Assembly: GCA_964016885.1 (NCBI GenBank)
Contig: OZ024747.1
Span: 31,806,001-31,870,000 of the forward strand
Length of the DNA: 64,000 nt
From: Eledone cirrhosa
Lineage: Eukaryota
Direction of reading: 5' to 3'
Below the pieces are notes generated by a model, which saw only the letters and a list, made by a program, of their open reading frames with translations, searched no databases and had not been told where the DNA came from. Both the position numbers and the translations under genes were made by a program. This document shows, piece by piece, positions 48,872 to 64,000 of the stretch (its first letter is position 1; every line of letters begins with the position of its first letter).

Positions 48872-49408
48872 AGGGACGGGTTGGAAGAAGTTTAGAGAGC
48901 TGCTTCCTCTGTTGACGAAGAAGGCTTTCTCCTTGCGAACGAAAGGCCGGTTATATGATGCCTGTGGGAGATGTGCGATGCTGCATGGTAGTGAGACATG
49001 GACACCAACTGCAGAGGATAAGCGATGGCTGGAGAGAAATGAAGCAAGCATGCTCCATTGGATGTGCAATGTCTATGTGTGAGAACAACCAAGCATAGAT
49101 GAGTTGTGAGAGAAACTGTTTATAAGAGGGATAAGTTGTAGTGTGTGGGAAAGAAGACTGCGAAGGTATGTGATGCACATGGAGGATGACCGCTGGGTAA
49201 AGAAGTGCCAAGAAATCCCAGTAGAAGGAAGGCGCAGTAGAGGAAGACCACAAAAAACATGGGCAGAGTTGGTGAGAGTAGACCTCAGATCGCTGAAGCT
49301 TACGGAGGAGATGAGGAAGGACCGCGACAAGTGGAGAGATGCTGTGCTGAATAGGATCTGTCCCACCCTTGCAAGCAGGGAAAAGCGGGCGTAAAATGAT
49401 GATGATGA
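48872..49408 (+). mobile_element. RTE (second family) 3' fragment
   Basis: [27 protein letters not shown], (GAT)n tail. Confidence 0.92.
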
Positions 49409-49664
49409 TATATATATATATGTACATTTATATATATGTATGTGTGTGTGTATATATGTACATATATGTATGTGTGTGTGTGTGCATATGTATGTATATA
49501 TATGAGTGTGTATATGTGTATATCTATATATATATGTATGTATATTGTACAGCCGACCATGTTATTCTTTATTCTTTCACTATATATATATATTTGTATA
49601 TGTGTTAATATATATATGTCTATATGTATGTGTATATATATATATATATATATATGTATGCATG

Positions 49665-50100
49665 TATGTATGTATATATGTGAATATATATATGTATATG
49701 AGTGTGCATTTGTGCATGTGGGTGTGAGGGCATGTGTGTGTGTGTATGCGTGTGTCATTTTAGACACATGACCATTCCAGCAGAGCTACCAATGAATAGC
49801 CATTGTTAGCTTAAATGAACCTTAAAAATTAGGAGTGCCACCCCCACCCCCTCCAGTATGAACCTCTCTACAGGCACTTAGCTTGAATTCTTTCTACCTT
49901 TGTTACTCTAAATATAGTTTTTAAAGAATTCCTCCTTCTTTAAATCCATCAACCAATGACCTCCACCCATTCCAATCACCATCCTCTCCTACTACCAGAA
50001 AAGGTATAAATACCACCATATTATTGGACGGTTGGCTTCCTCATGATTTCTCCTGAATGAAAAAGTTTTAATCCTTTAGAAGCCTTTTCCATATTAAATA
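49665..50100 (+). mobile_element. PLE 3' arm, inverted partner of 41160-41590
   Basis: Collinear reverse complement. Degenerate HHR at 50034-50084. Confidence 0.8.
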
Positions 50101-50157
50101 TATATGTATATGTGTATGTATGTATGTGTATATATATATGTATGCATTTATATATAT

Positions 50158-50403
50158 GGGATAACAAGTTATCGTTATAGGTAATCCAGTTAGAGGTTCT
50201 GAGTACTCCAATACATTATTTACCTCTGGTCAACACATCAGAGTACTCTGATGTGTTGACCAGAGATAAATAATGTATTCGAGATCGAGGGACGCAACTT
50301 CAAGCGATTAGCGACCTCTAGACTCACCTGATCAATGAAACAATTGTCAGCACTTTAAATAAAGCCTCTTATTGTACAGCCAACCATGTTACTCTTCATT
50401 CTT

Positions 50404-50410
<7 letters not shown>
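50158..50410. mobile_element. Fold-back mini-PLE with A9U HHR at 50242-50354 (plus)
   Basis: AGTACT-CTGATGT-GTTGACCAG..CTGATCAAT-GAAA-CAATTG-TC-AGCACT. The inner palindrome is centred on GAGTACTC. Confidence 0.85.
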
Positions 50411-50442
<32 letters not shown>

Positions 50443-51110
50443 TCGATCGACTTTCGTCAAATCGGACCGAGGAAACAATGTTTCCATTGGTCTTTCCAAT
50501 TGCTAATTCTATCTATCGGTCGTAACTCCAGGTAGAAGGAGCAACGTGAAATAAGGTGTCTTGCTCAAGGACATAACGCATCGCCCGGTCCAGGAGTCGA
50601 ACTCACAACCTCATGATTGCGCATCCAATTCTCTAACCACTCATGCCTTCATGAATATATGTTTATATATATACAAGTATATTAAGACTGATTGCTCAAA
50701 ATATTGGTGGAACCTAAACAAAAAGAACAAAACAAATACAATCATCAACAACAGCAGCAAAATATAACTGCCGCTAAATTAAACCCCAAATGGCGCCGAT
50801 GTTGTTTGGTGGAACCATAGATGAAAACTTGTTCGGTTTTAGAAGTCAACAGTCAGTTTGTAGAAAAATACAAGAGAAGTATATCTATGGACAATTGATG
50901 ACAAATCTTGAGAAGCTAGGCTTCACAGGAACAGAAAGAACACCTAGTAGTAACACAACAGGAAAAACAACAGTATGAACGCGCATGTGCAGAAACGGTC
51001 ACTTCACCCAAGTGATACAAAACCACAGGCGAAAGGTGTAAGGGAAATGACTGCGAATGTCCGGAATAAAATGTTCGAGTTGATTTGAATATTAGAATGT
51101 TGCTGTTATT

Positions 51111-51640
51111 CAATCCGGAACTCTGTAGTTATGCAAGAGATGTTTCCAGATGTGTGGACAACGTGAGAAGATTTCATTTCTTAAATTTAGGCAATCGCTA
51201 TTGCGTAATCTCCTTAGAATATTGATCCTTTCTTCAATACACAGTCCACAAGATGGATTACCCCTTGCGTATGGCTTTGACTTAGTGACAGCTTTCCATT
51301 GAATGGAGTAGTCTATATTTGAGTCTTTGAGGGACCATACATGACTCGCGAGTTTCGTGGATGATCATTTGTCCGGGTACCTAAAGGTCGACTGATGGTT
51401 CATGAAGTGTTCCTTAAATCGGCCCTCCGTCATAGCCACATAGGATTTGACCTCTTGTGGTTGAGTTGGTCAGTTGGAAGTGACCACAGCTTCATAAACT
51501 ACAGCGGGTTTGTTACATTGCTGTTGAAGAGGATAAGCTTCAGGCTTTCGGCAAGAGCATCCTGGTGGGGTGCCACTCCGAGGACTGATGGTGATGTGGG
51601 CCTTCATATTCGTAGACAGAATTACCAACATTCTAATATG
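51111..51640 (-). pseudogene. Naiad-like PLE linker + GIY-YIG endonuclease relic, with inverted tail arm at 51640-51778
   Basis: Manual translation gives [78 protein letters not shown], with two stops. Confidence 0.88.
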
Positions 51641-51775
51641 TCCAGAAATAGCCGTCGAAACGGCTTGAGCTCTGCCGTCGGGGTCATACTTTTTCCTATT
51701 TCCCACTCTACTATCCTAAGTATTGAGTACTCTGGTGCGTTATGGTCCATCTGGTTCCTTACCACAACTCCTTTG

Positions 51776-51837
<62 letters not shown>

Positions 51838-51844
51838 GTATATG

Positions 51845-51977
<133 letters not shown>

Positions 51978-51978
51978 G

Positions 51979-52021
<43 letters not shown>

Positions 52022-52022
52022 G

Positions 52023-52069
<47 letters not shown>

Positions 52070-52076
52070 GTATATG

Positions 52077-52199
<123 letters not shown>

Positions 52200-52373
52200 G
52201 TATGTATGTATATATATATGTATGTATATATGTATGTATATATATATGTATGTATGTATATATATATATATGTATGTATATATATATATATATATATGTA
52301 TGTATATATATATATATGTATGTATATATATATGTATGTATATATATATGTAGTATATATATATATATGTATG

Positions 52374-52412
<39 letters not shown>

Positions 52413-52638
52413 GTATGTATATATATATATATATATGTATGTATATATATATATATATATGTATGTATATATATATATGTATGTATATATATATATATAT
52501 GTATGTATATATATATATATGTATGTATATATATATATGTATATATATATATATGTATGTATATATATATGTATATATATGTATATATATATGTATGTAT
52601 GTATATGTATATATATATTATATATATATATATATATA

Positions 52639-52933
52639 CGATATTAAACAAATGGAAACTATATTGAACTTTTAAAAGGAAGTTGCATTATCACAAGGTA
52701 TGTCACTAATTATTTATAAAACAGCTTATGTATTGTATTTTGTGTGAGGAAGGCATACCATATTTTTAATATGATATCCCAGATATATATATAACGAAAT
52801 AAATATGGTTTTATAAATATAGTTTCCATTTGTTTAATATCGTAAACCTACTCCAGAAACTGTTGAGTGCTTTTATATCAATTATAAAATATTTACTCGT
52901 TGTAACCCAACAATTTTAAATGAAACTTTTGCA
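52639..52933 (+). mobile_element. Mini-PLE with 27-bp inverted end and decayed HHR (family of 540-747)
   Basis: CGATATTAAACAAATGGAAACTATATT is inverted at ~52816-52842. HHR remnant reads TATTTTGT-GTGAGGA..GATA-TATATA-TA-ACGAAATA. Confidence 0.7.
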
Positions 52934-53682
52934 TATATATATATGTATATTATATATATATATATATGTATATTATATATATATATATATGTATATTATA
53001 TATATATATATATGTATATTATATATATATATATGTATATTATATATATATATATGTATATTATATATATATATATGTATGTTATATATATATATATGTA
53101 TATTATATATATATATATGTATATTATATATATGTATATTATATATATATATGTATATTATATATATATATATGTATATTATATATATATATATGTATAT
53201 TATATATATATATATGTATATTATATATATGTATATTATATATATATATATGTATATTATATATATATATATTATATATATATATGTATGTATATATATA
53301 TATATATGTATGTATATATATATATATGTATATTATATATATATATATGTATATTATATATATATGTATATTATATATATATATGTATATTATATATATA
53401 TATATGTATATTATATATATATATATGTATATTATATATATATATGTATATTATATATATATATGTATATTATATATATATATGTATATTATATATATAT
53501 ATATTATATATATATATGTATATTATATATATATATATTATATATATATATGTATATTATATATATATATATGTATGTATATATATATATATGTATATTA
53601 TATATATATATATGTATATTATATATATATATATGTATATTATATATATATATATGTATATTATATATATATATATGTATAT

Positions 53683-53780
<98 letters not shown>

Positions 53781-53807
53781 GTATGTATATATATATATAT
53801 ATGTATG

Positions 53808-53840
<33 letters not shown>

Positions 53841-53995
53841 GTATGCATATATATATACATATATATATATATATGTATGTATATATATATATATATGTAT
53901 GTATATATATATGTATGTATATATATATATGTATGTATATATATATATATGTATGTATGTATATATATATGTATGTATATATATATATATGTATG

Positions 53996-54042
<47 letters not shown>

Positions 54043-54295
54043 GTATGTATATATATATATATACATACATATATATATATATATATATATGTATGTATAT
54101 ATATATATATATGTATGTATGTATATATATATATATATGTATGTATGTATATATATATATATATGTATGTATGTATATATATATATATGTATGTATGTAT
54201 ATATATATATATATGTATGTATGTATATATATATATATATGTATGTATGTATATATTTATATATATGTATGTATGTATATATATATATATGTATG

Positions 54296-54326
<31 letters not shown>

Positions 54327-54531
54327 ATATATAGATATATATGTATGTATGTATATATAGATATATATGTATGTATATATAGATATATATGTATGTATAT
54401 ATAGATATGTATGTATGTATATATAGATATGTATGTATGTATATATAGATATGTATGTATGTATATATAGATATGTATGTATGTATATATAGATATATAT
54501 GTATGTATATATATATATATATGTATGTATG

Positions 54532-54568
<37 letters not shown>

Positions 54569-54649
54569 GTATATATATATATGTATGTATGTATATATAT
54601 ATATATATATATATATGTCAGGTCATGTATGTATATATATATATATATG

Positions 54650-55257
54650 TCAGGTCACCAGTTGGTGCTACTGGCAACATGTATCCCAGTACAACCTGTC
54701 TCATGGTCGGGTCGTTGGCGACTAAACTGGCAACCCCACCAAGGTTTCTTGGTGAGGAGGGTGACTTTGGACATCCTGCAGGACTAAAAACAAAACCTGT
54801 CACAGGGCAAAGGAGCTCTTAAGAGTCAATGGCCATCCAAAATCACCGGGAGAGATGACCCCTTAGCCTTTGTCAAGGCAGAATTCTAGGAGAAGGAAAA
54901 CTCTGATATAACACCTGCAACCCTGATGGTATCCAATGATGTTGACTTGTTCTTCTTTTTGGTAAATATCATCTTGGTTAAGAGAGTGGGACTGGCTTTG
55001 TGCAGTGCCTTTGCTCACTATAAAAGCTTCACGGCACAGGCATTGCTTTATATCTGGAGATCTTTCTGCACTTGTCGTTACATGGTACCATGGGCCCAGC
55101 ACTATGTGTCAATAATTGTCACAAGTGTAGTGTTTGTACCAGAGTTTTCAAGTCGCTGTCTGAACTAAAAAGTCATATTCGTTCAGCGCATCGGTAGGGG
55201 TTCTCCTAGATGGATATAAAGTATTGGCCGTACTCGAAAACGAGTTGGCAGCCACCA
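54650..55257 (+). mobile_element. Non-autonomous bipartite RTE-like element (copy 2, longer 5' end)
   Basis: Matches 18962-19506. Encodes [25 protein letters not shown]. Confidence 0.7.
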
Positions 55258-55277
55258 TATATATGTATGTATGTATG

Positions 55278-55308
<31 letters not shown>

Positions 55309-55423
55309 ATATATATATGTATGTATGTATATATATATATATATGTATGTATGTATATATATATATATATGTATGTATATATATATATATATGTATGTAT
55401 GTATATATATATATGTATGTATG

Positions 55424-55512
<89 letters not shown>

Positions 55513-55535
55513 ATATATATATATATGTATGTATG

Positions 55536-55574
<39 letters not shown>

Positions 55575-55575
55575 G

Positions 55576-55651
<76 letters not shown>

Positions 55652-55655
<4 letters not shown>

Positions 55656-56177
55656 GAAGACCCGCCTTACCTAAATACAAAGTAAAAACCTACTACAGTC
55701 AGTAGGCATCTCTATCAAAACACACCCCCGTCCCACCACCTCCACCCCACCCACACCGCCCCTTTCAATGTAAAGTTATGTTGGTCCCACAACATCCAGG
55801 CCGAAACAAATGAGATCGTGTAGGTGTCACGACAAAAAACACACAGTCCACGCTGTAAATGTGGCCGTGTAGGCAACACGGTAAAAACCTCCCAGCCCCA
55901 CACTGTAAATGTGGTTGGTGTTAGGAAGGGCATCCAGCTGTAGAAAACCCGCCAGACAGTCCACGCTGTAAATGTGGCCGTGTAGGCAACACGGTAAAAA
56001 CCTTCCGGCCCCACACTGTAAATGTGGTTGGTGTTAGGAAGGGCATCCAACTGTAGAAAACCCGCCAGACAGTCCTGTGCGAGCAAGACAACCACTCTTG
56101 CCTCAAGTGGGAAAACCCCCGTCCAAACCCATGCAAGCGTGGAACACGGACGCTAAACCTGATGATGATGATGATGA

Positions 56178-56252
<75 letters not shown>

Positions 56253-56720
56253 TGTATCATCATCATCATCAACGTTTAACGTCTGTGTTCCACGCTTGCA
56301 TGGGTTTGGACGGGGGTAGTCCCACTTGAGGCAAGAGTGATTGTCTTGCTCGCATAGGACTGTCTGGCAGGTTTTCTACAGTTGGATGCCCTTCCTAACA
56401 CCAACCACATTTACAGTGTGGGTCTGGGAGGTTTTTACCGTGTTGCCTACACGGCCACATTACAGCGTGGACTGTGTGTTTTTTTGTCGTGACACCTACA
56501 CGATCTCGTTTGTTTCGGCCTGGATGGCGCGGCACCAACATAACTTTACATGGAACGGGGTGGTGTGGATGGGGTGGGGGTGGTGGCGGGACGGGGTGTA
56601 GTTTGTTAGAGATGCCTACTGGCAAGGCGGGTCTTCTCTGTTACTGAGTACCGCCAAAGGTCACGGTCCAGTGACATTGTCTTGGAGAGGTGTAAGTGTG
56701 TGAGGTCGGAGTTTATCAGC
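55652..56720. mobile_element. Two RTE 3' ends (third family) tail-to-tail: 55652-56181 (+) and 56257-56720 (-)
   Basis: Mutually inverted 3' UTRs with (GAT)n tails facing across ~75 bp of (TA)n. Confidence 0.88.
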
Positions 56721-56767
56721 TATATATATATATATATGGTATATATATATATATGTATATATATATG

Positions 56768-57072
<305 letters not shown>

Positions 57073-57091
57073 ATATATATTTATATATATG

Positions 57092-57131
<40 letters not shown>

Positions 57132-57137
57132 TATATA

Positions 57138-57574
<437 letters not shown>

Positions 57575-57580
57575 TGTATG

Positions 57581-57863
<283 letters not shown>

Positions 57864-57865
57864 GC

Positions 57866-58041
<176 letters not shown>

Positions 58042-58042
58042 G

Positions 58043-58401
<359 letters not shown>

Positions 58402-58402
58402 G

Positions 58403-58619
<217 letters not shown>

Positions 58620-58642
58620 GTATATATATATATATATGTATG

Positions 58643-58869
<227 letters not shown>

Positions 58870-58931
58870 GTATATATATAAAATATTAAACAAATAATGA
58901 ACAAACAATTCCTTATATTAAACAAAAAAAG

Positions 58932-59086
58932 TTCACTATTTAACGATCGTTTCTAGGGTATATATGTGTTATAATTGGTATGCATATTTAACAGATCTAT
59001 GTACAAAATTATACAAAATTATACAAATTATCAAGATTAAATATACATACCTAACTCATATATACGCCGTCTTCAGAAATAATGAA
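58932..59086 (-). ncRNA. Hammerhead ribozyme with ~115-nt stem II domain
   Basis: Reverse complement reads TTCATTATTT-CTGAAGA-CGGCGTATATATG..CATATATACCCTA-GAAA-CGATCG-TT-AAATAGTGAA, with a 10-bp stem I. Confidence 0.82.
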
Positions 59087-59854
59087 GTATATTTATTGAT
59101 AATAACAACAATTCAAAATATCAGTTCAAAATTGACCAATGAAAACACAAAGGGTTAAAAAGCAGTTTGGTGTGTGTATATACATGTAAAACACTACACA
59201 CATTTTTCAATAATGTGTGTATAATTTGTATGTGCATACTAAAAAGATGGATGCAAATAAAAAATTTCAAGGTTAATATCTCTGTAAGCTTAATGCGCTG
59301 ATAAGATACGCAATGATACTTATGGAGTCAAGCATATAAATATATTTTTTTCATACTCACACATATCAGTATAATCACACATACATGTGCGTATATATAT
59401 AAATATACACATAACCACGAACACACAAACACACACACTCCCCCACTCACATTTATATATGTGGATATAAAATCATAAGCAAATAGAAATTAAGTCACTC
59501 ACATAAACACACTGGTACACACATTTCAAGATCAAGATACAGAAATTAGGTGGGAGGGGGGGGGAGGGGTCAGTATTAGGTTGTCAGACCAGACAGCCTA
59601 ATATAAATGTATCTATAAATTATGAAAAATAAAAAAATAAAAACAATAAAATATATTACATATAATATAATGTACATACGCATACAGATATACATACACA
59701 TACATACATGTACACGCACATAGAGATATCCACACATACATACATACACACATACCTATACTGTCATACACACACATACATTTACACGAACATACACATA
59801 CACATATAAAAAGATAAAAATACGGACACACACACGTGCAACACATACACACAT

Positions 59855-59899
<45 letters not shown>

Positions 59900-60010
59900 T
59901 ATACACACACACATAGACTCATATATATATACATACACATACATATACTTATACATAAACATATATATATCCCACACTCATACCACCATGAAAACACATA
60001 CAAACATCCA

Positions 60011-60051
<41 letters not shown>

Positions 60052-60266
60052 ACATACACACACGTACACATATATGTATATATACATACATATATACACA
60101 CATACACACATATATATACACACACACATAAAATACAGACATGCACATATATATATATATATATATATATTTCATTACTCTTATATATACACATAGTATA
60201 TATACATACACAACCTCACTTATACACATATACACATAAGTTATATTACAATAATAATAAAGAATA

Positions 60267-60297
<31 letters not shown>

Positions 60298-60436
60298 TAT
60301 ACACACATATACACATATACATACATATACATACATATACATACATACATACACATACATACATACACCTAGATATAAACATATATAAATACACACATAC
60401 GAATAAAGACATATATTCACACATAGACACCTATAT

Positions 60437-60474
<38 letters not shown>

Positions 60475-62316
60475 ATATACACACACATACACATACATAC
60501 ACATATATATATATATACACATATACACACACGCACACACATACAGACACACATACACACTCACATATATATATATATATATATATATATGTGTATGTGA
60601 GTGTGCGCAAATACATACATATATATACACACACACATACAAACACACACAAACACATACATATGCATACGTGCACACACACACACATATATCACATAGA
60701 TACGAAGATAAACATATAAATAGAGAGACATACAAATATTTACAGAACCCATATACATACATACAAACACGCATATACATATATATACACATATATACAC
60801 ACATATATATTCCTATATACAAGCATACACATACACACACATATATACATATACATACACATATATATACCACACATTCACATACACGTACATATATAAT
60901 ACATATATATACATATATATACATACACATGTATGTACAATCATATATACACACTCAATCTTACATTCATATTTACATGCTCATATATGTATTTTTATAT
61001 TTAGAAATAAAAACCAAAAAAAACTATATAGACACCCATCTACACATATATTCATACATATACACTTACAAAAACAGATGATAATAGTATGGGGGAAAGG
61101 GGGGGGTTTGGAGAAGGGGATCAAAGTAAATATATGTTTCAAGAAACCTATAATATTTTCCATATCTTAATTCAATGTATGTTCTTACATATTTTCAGTG
61201 CTAGGAAATACGAAATCTATGCATCACAAAATAAAAAAGTATACCATTAATCATATGTCAACTAAACCAAAGATAGTCAACATATTGATTTCCAAGGTGT
61301 AAATTAGTTAGGTTTATAATATTTGAAGCAGAATTATGAAGTCAAACAGTAGTAGATTATTAATTACATTATAACTAAATTAAAGTTAATAACGTTATGG
61401 TATCAATATTAGGAGATGAATTTAGTAATAGGGAAAAGAAACCCAAATAAAAATAAAATAAAGTATTACATCGGTAGTAGCATATAAATTATATGTTAAC
61501 TAAGTTAAAAATTATATATTTATTTCAATAGTATATGTTAATTAGTATATGTTAATTAGGTATACAATACATAAAGCAGATATTGTATTTCATCAATAGC
61601 ATAATATAATTATATGCAAATAAAAATCAAAATTAATACGCATACACATACATATACATACACATACACATACATATACATATACATACACATATATATA
61701 TATATATATACATATATATACACATACATACATATATAGTCACATAAATAACATACTAGATACACATACAATACACACATATACATATACATATAGATAT
61801 ACATATCTTTTTCAAAAAATTTGCACAGAATATATTAACTAGGTATATATCCAAAAACACCTCCCATTCTATGATTACATGAAATTCTGCAATTCGTCTG
61901 TACAAGGATACTAATTTTAAGCAAATTAAAATTAAAATTAAAGTTTTAGGTTGATTAAAGCTAAAACCAAATAATAAATATATTTCCAAAATGTATATTA
62001 ATTAGGTCAATAATACTAAAAATTCTTTCTCCGTCATAGGATACATGATATTATTTTGTTATATTTTATCTGTAAAAGAATTATAATAAAAAAAATTATA
62101 ATAAAAGGTTAAACTAAATTAAAAAATTATAATAAAAGGTTAAAATAAGTTAAAATTAATCTATAAATTAAATTACTGAATATATATTAGTAATATTTAA
62201 AGGTTTTTCAAAATTAATGATTACATAATATTTTCTCATCTGTAATAAAATATTAATTAAATTAAATTTATAGGTTAACTAACATTTAAATTAAATTAAA
62301 TTCTAGAATAATGTTA

Positions 62317-64000
62317 TTAATTAGGTTTATAATATTTAAATGTTTTTTTTAGTTTATGATTACACGATATAATTAATTCCTGTCTTTTATTTAATAAGAT
62401 ATCCCTAGACTTCATTATTTCAAATAGTTCTTGGGAACATAATCTACATTCCTTTCTATTATTTTGATAAGGGGTGGCTCTTTTGAGCACACTCCAGGTC
62501 AAATCATATTTTATATTTTTATTTTTATAACTATTGATTTTTTCTGCTAGAGATGTTGTATTAGCCAGTGCGGCATTTTTAAAGCTATGTTTGTGGGTAT
62601 TATACCTTGTCTTAAAATTGTTAGAGGTAGCTCCTATATATGAGCAAATAGAATCTTTAGTTTTAACATTACATTTATAGACTATGTTGTTAACAAGACA
62701 ATTCCCTTTTAATGGGCAGTTTGTTTTGTTTCTACAGTTACATCCTTTCGTTAATTCTGTATTTGAGGAGATATTATTGTTAATTTGATGTACTGGTGGT
62801 ATACTTATAGTTTTCTTACATTTATATGCATTATATGCACTTATATTTTGTTTTATGTTATTTGTTGTAGAATATGAGAATTTAACTGTAGACCTATTTA
62901 AGATTTGATGGTATTTGTGGTTTGGCGGGAAGTTTTTCTCAAGGATATAAAAAAATTTTTTAGCAATATTATCCTTAACTTGTAAATTAAAAGGAGCATT
63001 ATACCAAGTAACTCGTCTATTACGGTTTCTATGTTGTTTATTATTTTTATTATTTTTATATGTTGTATCATGATTTTTACTAGGAGGAATAATGTTAATG
63101 ATCTCACCACAACTATTTTTAGTTATATTTGTAGATTTAGGTGTTTTATCTTTTTTATTAGGAGTTTTATTATTAATATTTATTATAGTCTTATGATGAG
63201 TAGTTTTTTGAGGGTTACTATACTTTATATTAGAAGATTTAGTATTTTGGGGTATACTGTGGGTGGCATTTAGGTGTGTACTTTTCATTTGGTGTTTGTT
63301 GGTAATATTATGCTGTATGTTTTCAGTATTTTTAGTAGAAGTTATATACTCTAATCTATTTTTGTGGCCACTTCTATCTAGAGCTTCATTATAAAAGGTC
63401 GCATTTTTATCAAATACATCTTGGTTAGAAGAAAGGTTAGAAATTCTAAGTGATATATTATATGCAAGGTTTTTAAGGATAGATTTAGGGTGATTAGATT
63501 GTGAGTGTATGTAATGTAAGTTTTGGTTAGGTTTATGGTAAGGTTGGTATATACCCGTAGCTAAATCTAAAGTTATATCTAGGAAATTTACTACTTTACT
63601 TGTTTTTTCAAAAGTAATATTAAGATTATAATAGTCTTTAAGGAAAGTTCTAATATGCTTTTTGTTTTTTTCGATTTCTGAAAGGCTAAGGTTGTTAGAA
63701 AGAAGAAGACAGTCATCACGATATAAACCACCTTTGAGGTGGGGAAAAGAGGCATTTATGTTGAAAAGGAGAAAGAGGCCCACAAGATCAGTAATTTGGG
63801 CAGAATCGCTTGAACCCATAGTAATATCAAAAAGATTACTATAAGTGTTTCTGGTCCAGTATTCATTCTGAAATTCAATAAGTGTTTGTCTAGCATGTGT
63901 AATAATGTTAATGTCATCCGAAGTTAAATTAGATCTATTTTTAGCAAATATTAATGCTTTGTTCAGGAGTATGGGTGATATAGAAGAATAATAATTATCT
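62317..64000 (-). CDS. PLE reverse transcriptase + GIY-YIG endonuclease (open to the window edge)
   Basis: FDITMGSSDSAQITDLVGL, GGLYRDDC, NFLDITLD, PYHKPN, WYNAPFN, CNCRNKTNCPLKGNC, NIVYKC..SYIGAT..FKTRYNTH, CRLC..E. Confidence 0.93.
   Translation of the reverse strand, partial: DNYYSSISPILLNKALIFAKNRSNLTSDDINIITHARQTLIEFQNEYWTRNTYSNLFDITMGSSDSAQITDLVGLFLLFNINASFPHLKGGLYRDDCLLLSNNLSLSEIEKNKKHIRTFLKDYYNLNITFEKTSKVVNFLDITLDLATGIYQPYHKPNQNLHYIHSQSNHPKSILKNLAYNISLRISNLSSNQDVFDKNATFYNEALDRSGHKNRLEYITSTKNTENIQHNITNKHQMKSTHLNATHSIPQNTKSSNIKYSNPQKTTHHKTIININNKTPNKKDKTPKSTNITKNSCGEIINIIPPSKNHDTTYKNNKNNKQHRNRNRRVTWYNAPFNLQVKDNIAKKFFYILEKNFPPNHKYHQILNRSTVKFSYSTTNNIKQNISAYNAYKCKKTISIPPVHQINNNISSNTELTKGCNCRNKTNCPLKGNCLVNNIVYKCNVKTKDSICSYIGATSNNFKTRYNTHKHSFKNAALANTTSLAEKINSYKNKNIKYDLTWSVLKRATPYQNNRKECRLCSQELFEIMKSRDILLNKRQELIISCNHKLKKTFKYYKPN

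Larger units (their letters stand above)
58880..64000 (-). mobile_element. Naiad-like PLE with ~3.4-kb microsatellite-rich 3' UTR
   Basis: The ORF and the downstream HHR are on the same strand and end at (TA)n. Continuity of the UTR is inferred. Confidence 0.7.

Noticed and set aside
51360-51475. In-frame TGAs in the 51111-51640 PLE as selenocysteine
   Set aside because: They are not at Cys positions and are consistent with CGA>TGA decay.
51570-51686. Complete HHR using CCGAGGA or CTGATGG as the 5' core
   Set aside because: That stretch is antisense PLE coding sequence beyond the inversion junction. Only the 3' half of the ribozyme (from ~51640) is real.

Overview
AT-rich animal (eukaryotic) DNA made almost entirely of repeats, most consistent with a cephalopod (Octopus-like) intergenic or intronic region. 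No host gene can be supported. The window holds one full-length RTE LINE with an intact 1040-aa ORF (APE endonuclease, RT, PHD-like finger) and several decayed or truncated RTE copies. It also holds several Penelope-like elements (PLEs; RT + GIY-YIG, mostly with a Naiad-like CxCx5Cx5C linker), tRNA-headed CORE- and Meta-type SINEs, non-autonomous Helitrons, hAT and Tc1/mariner MITEs, CRE and CR1/L2 relics, and kilobases of (TA)n/(TATG)n. The main hidden signal, read by eye, is about 25 type I hammerhead ribozyme (HHR) motifs from at least 10 sequence families. Many have recurring non-canonical cores (U4A, U4C, A9U, U3-A8, U.U at the base of stem II, stem II inserts up to ~115 nt). Most sit in short, ORF-less fold-back insertions in (TA)n. 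These insertions follow one rule: two different, family-specific 3' ends point outward into the microsatellite and are joined head-to-head, often right at the ribozyme's 5' stem. All folds and alignments were done manually, and coordinates of decayed elements are approximate.
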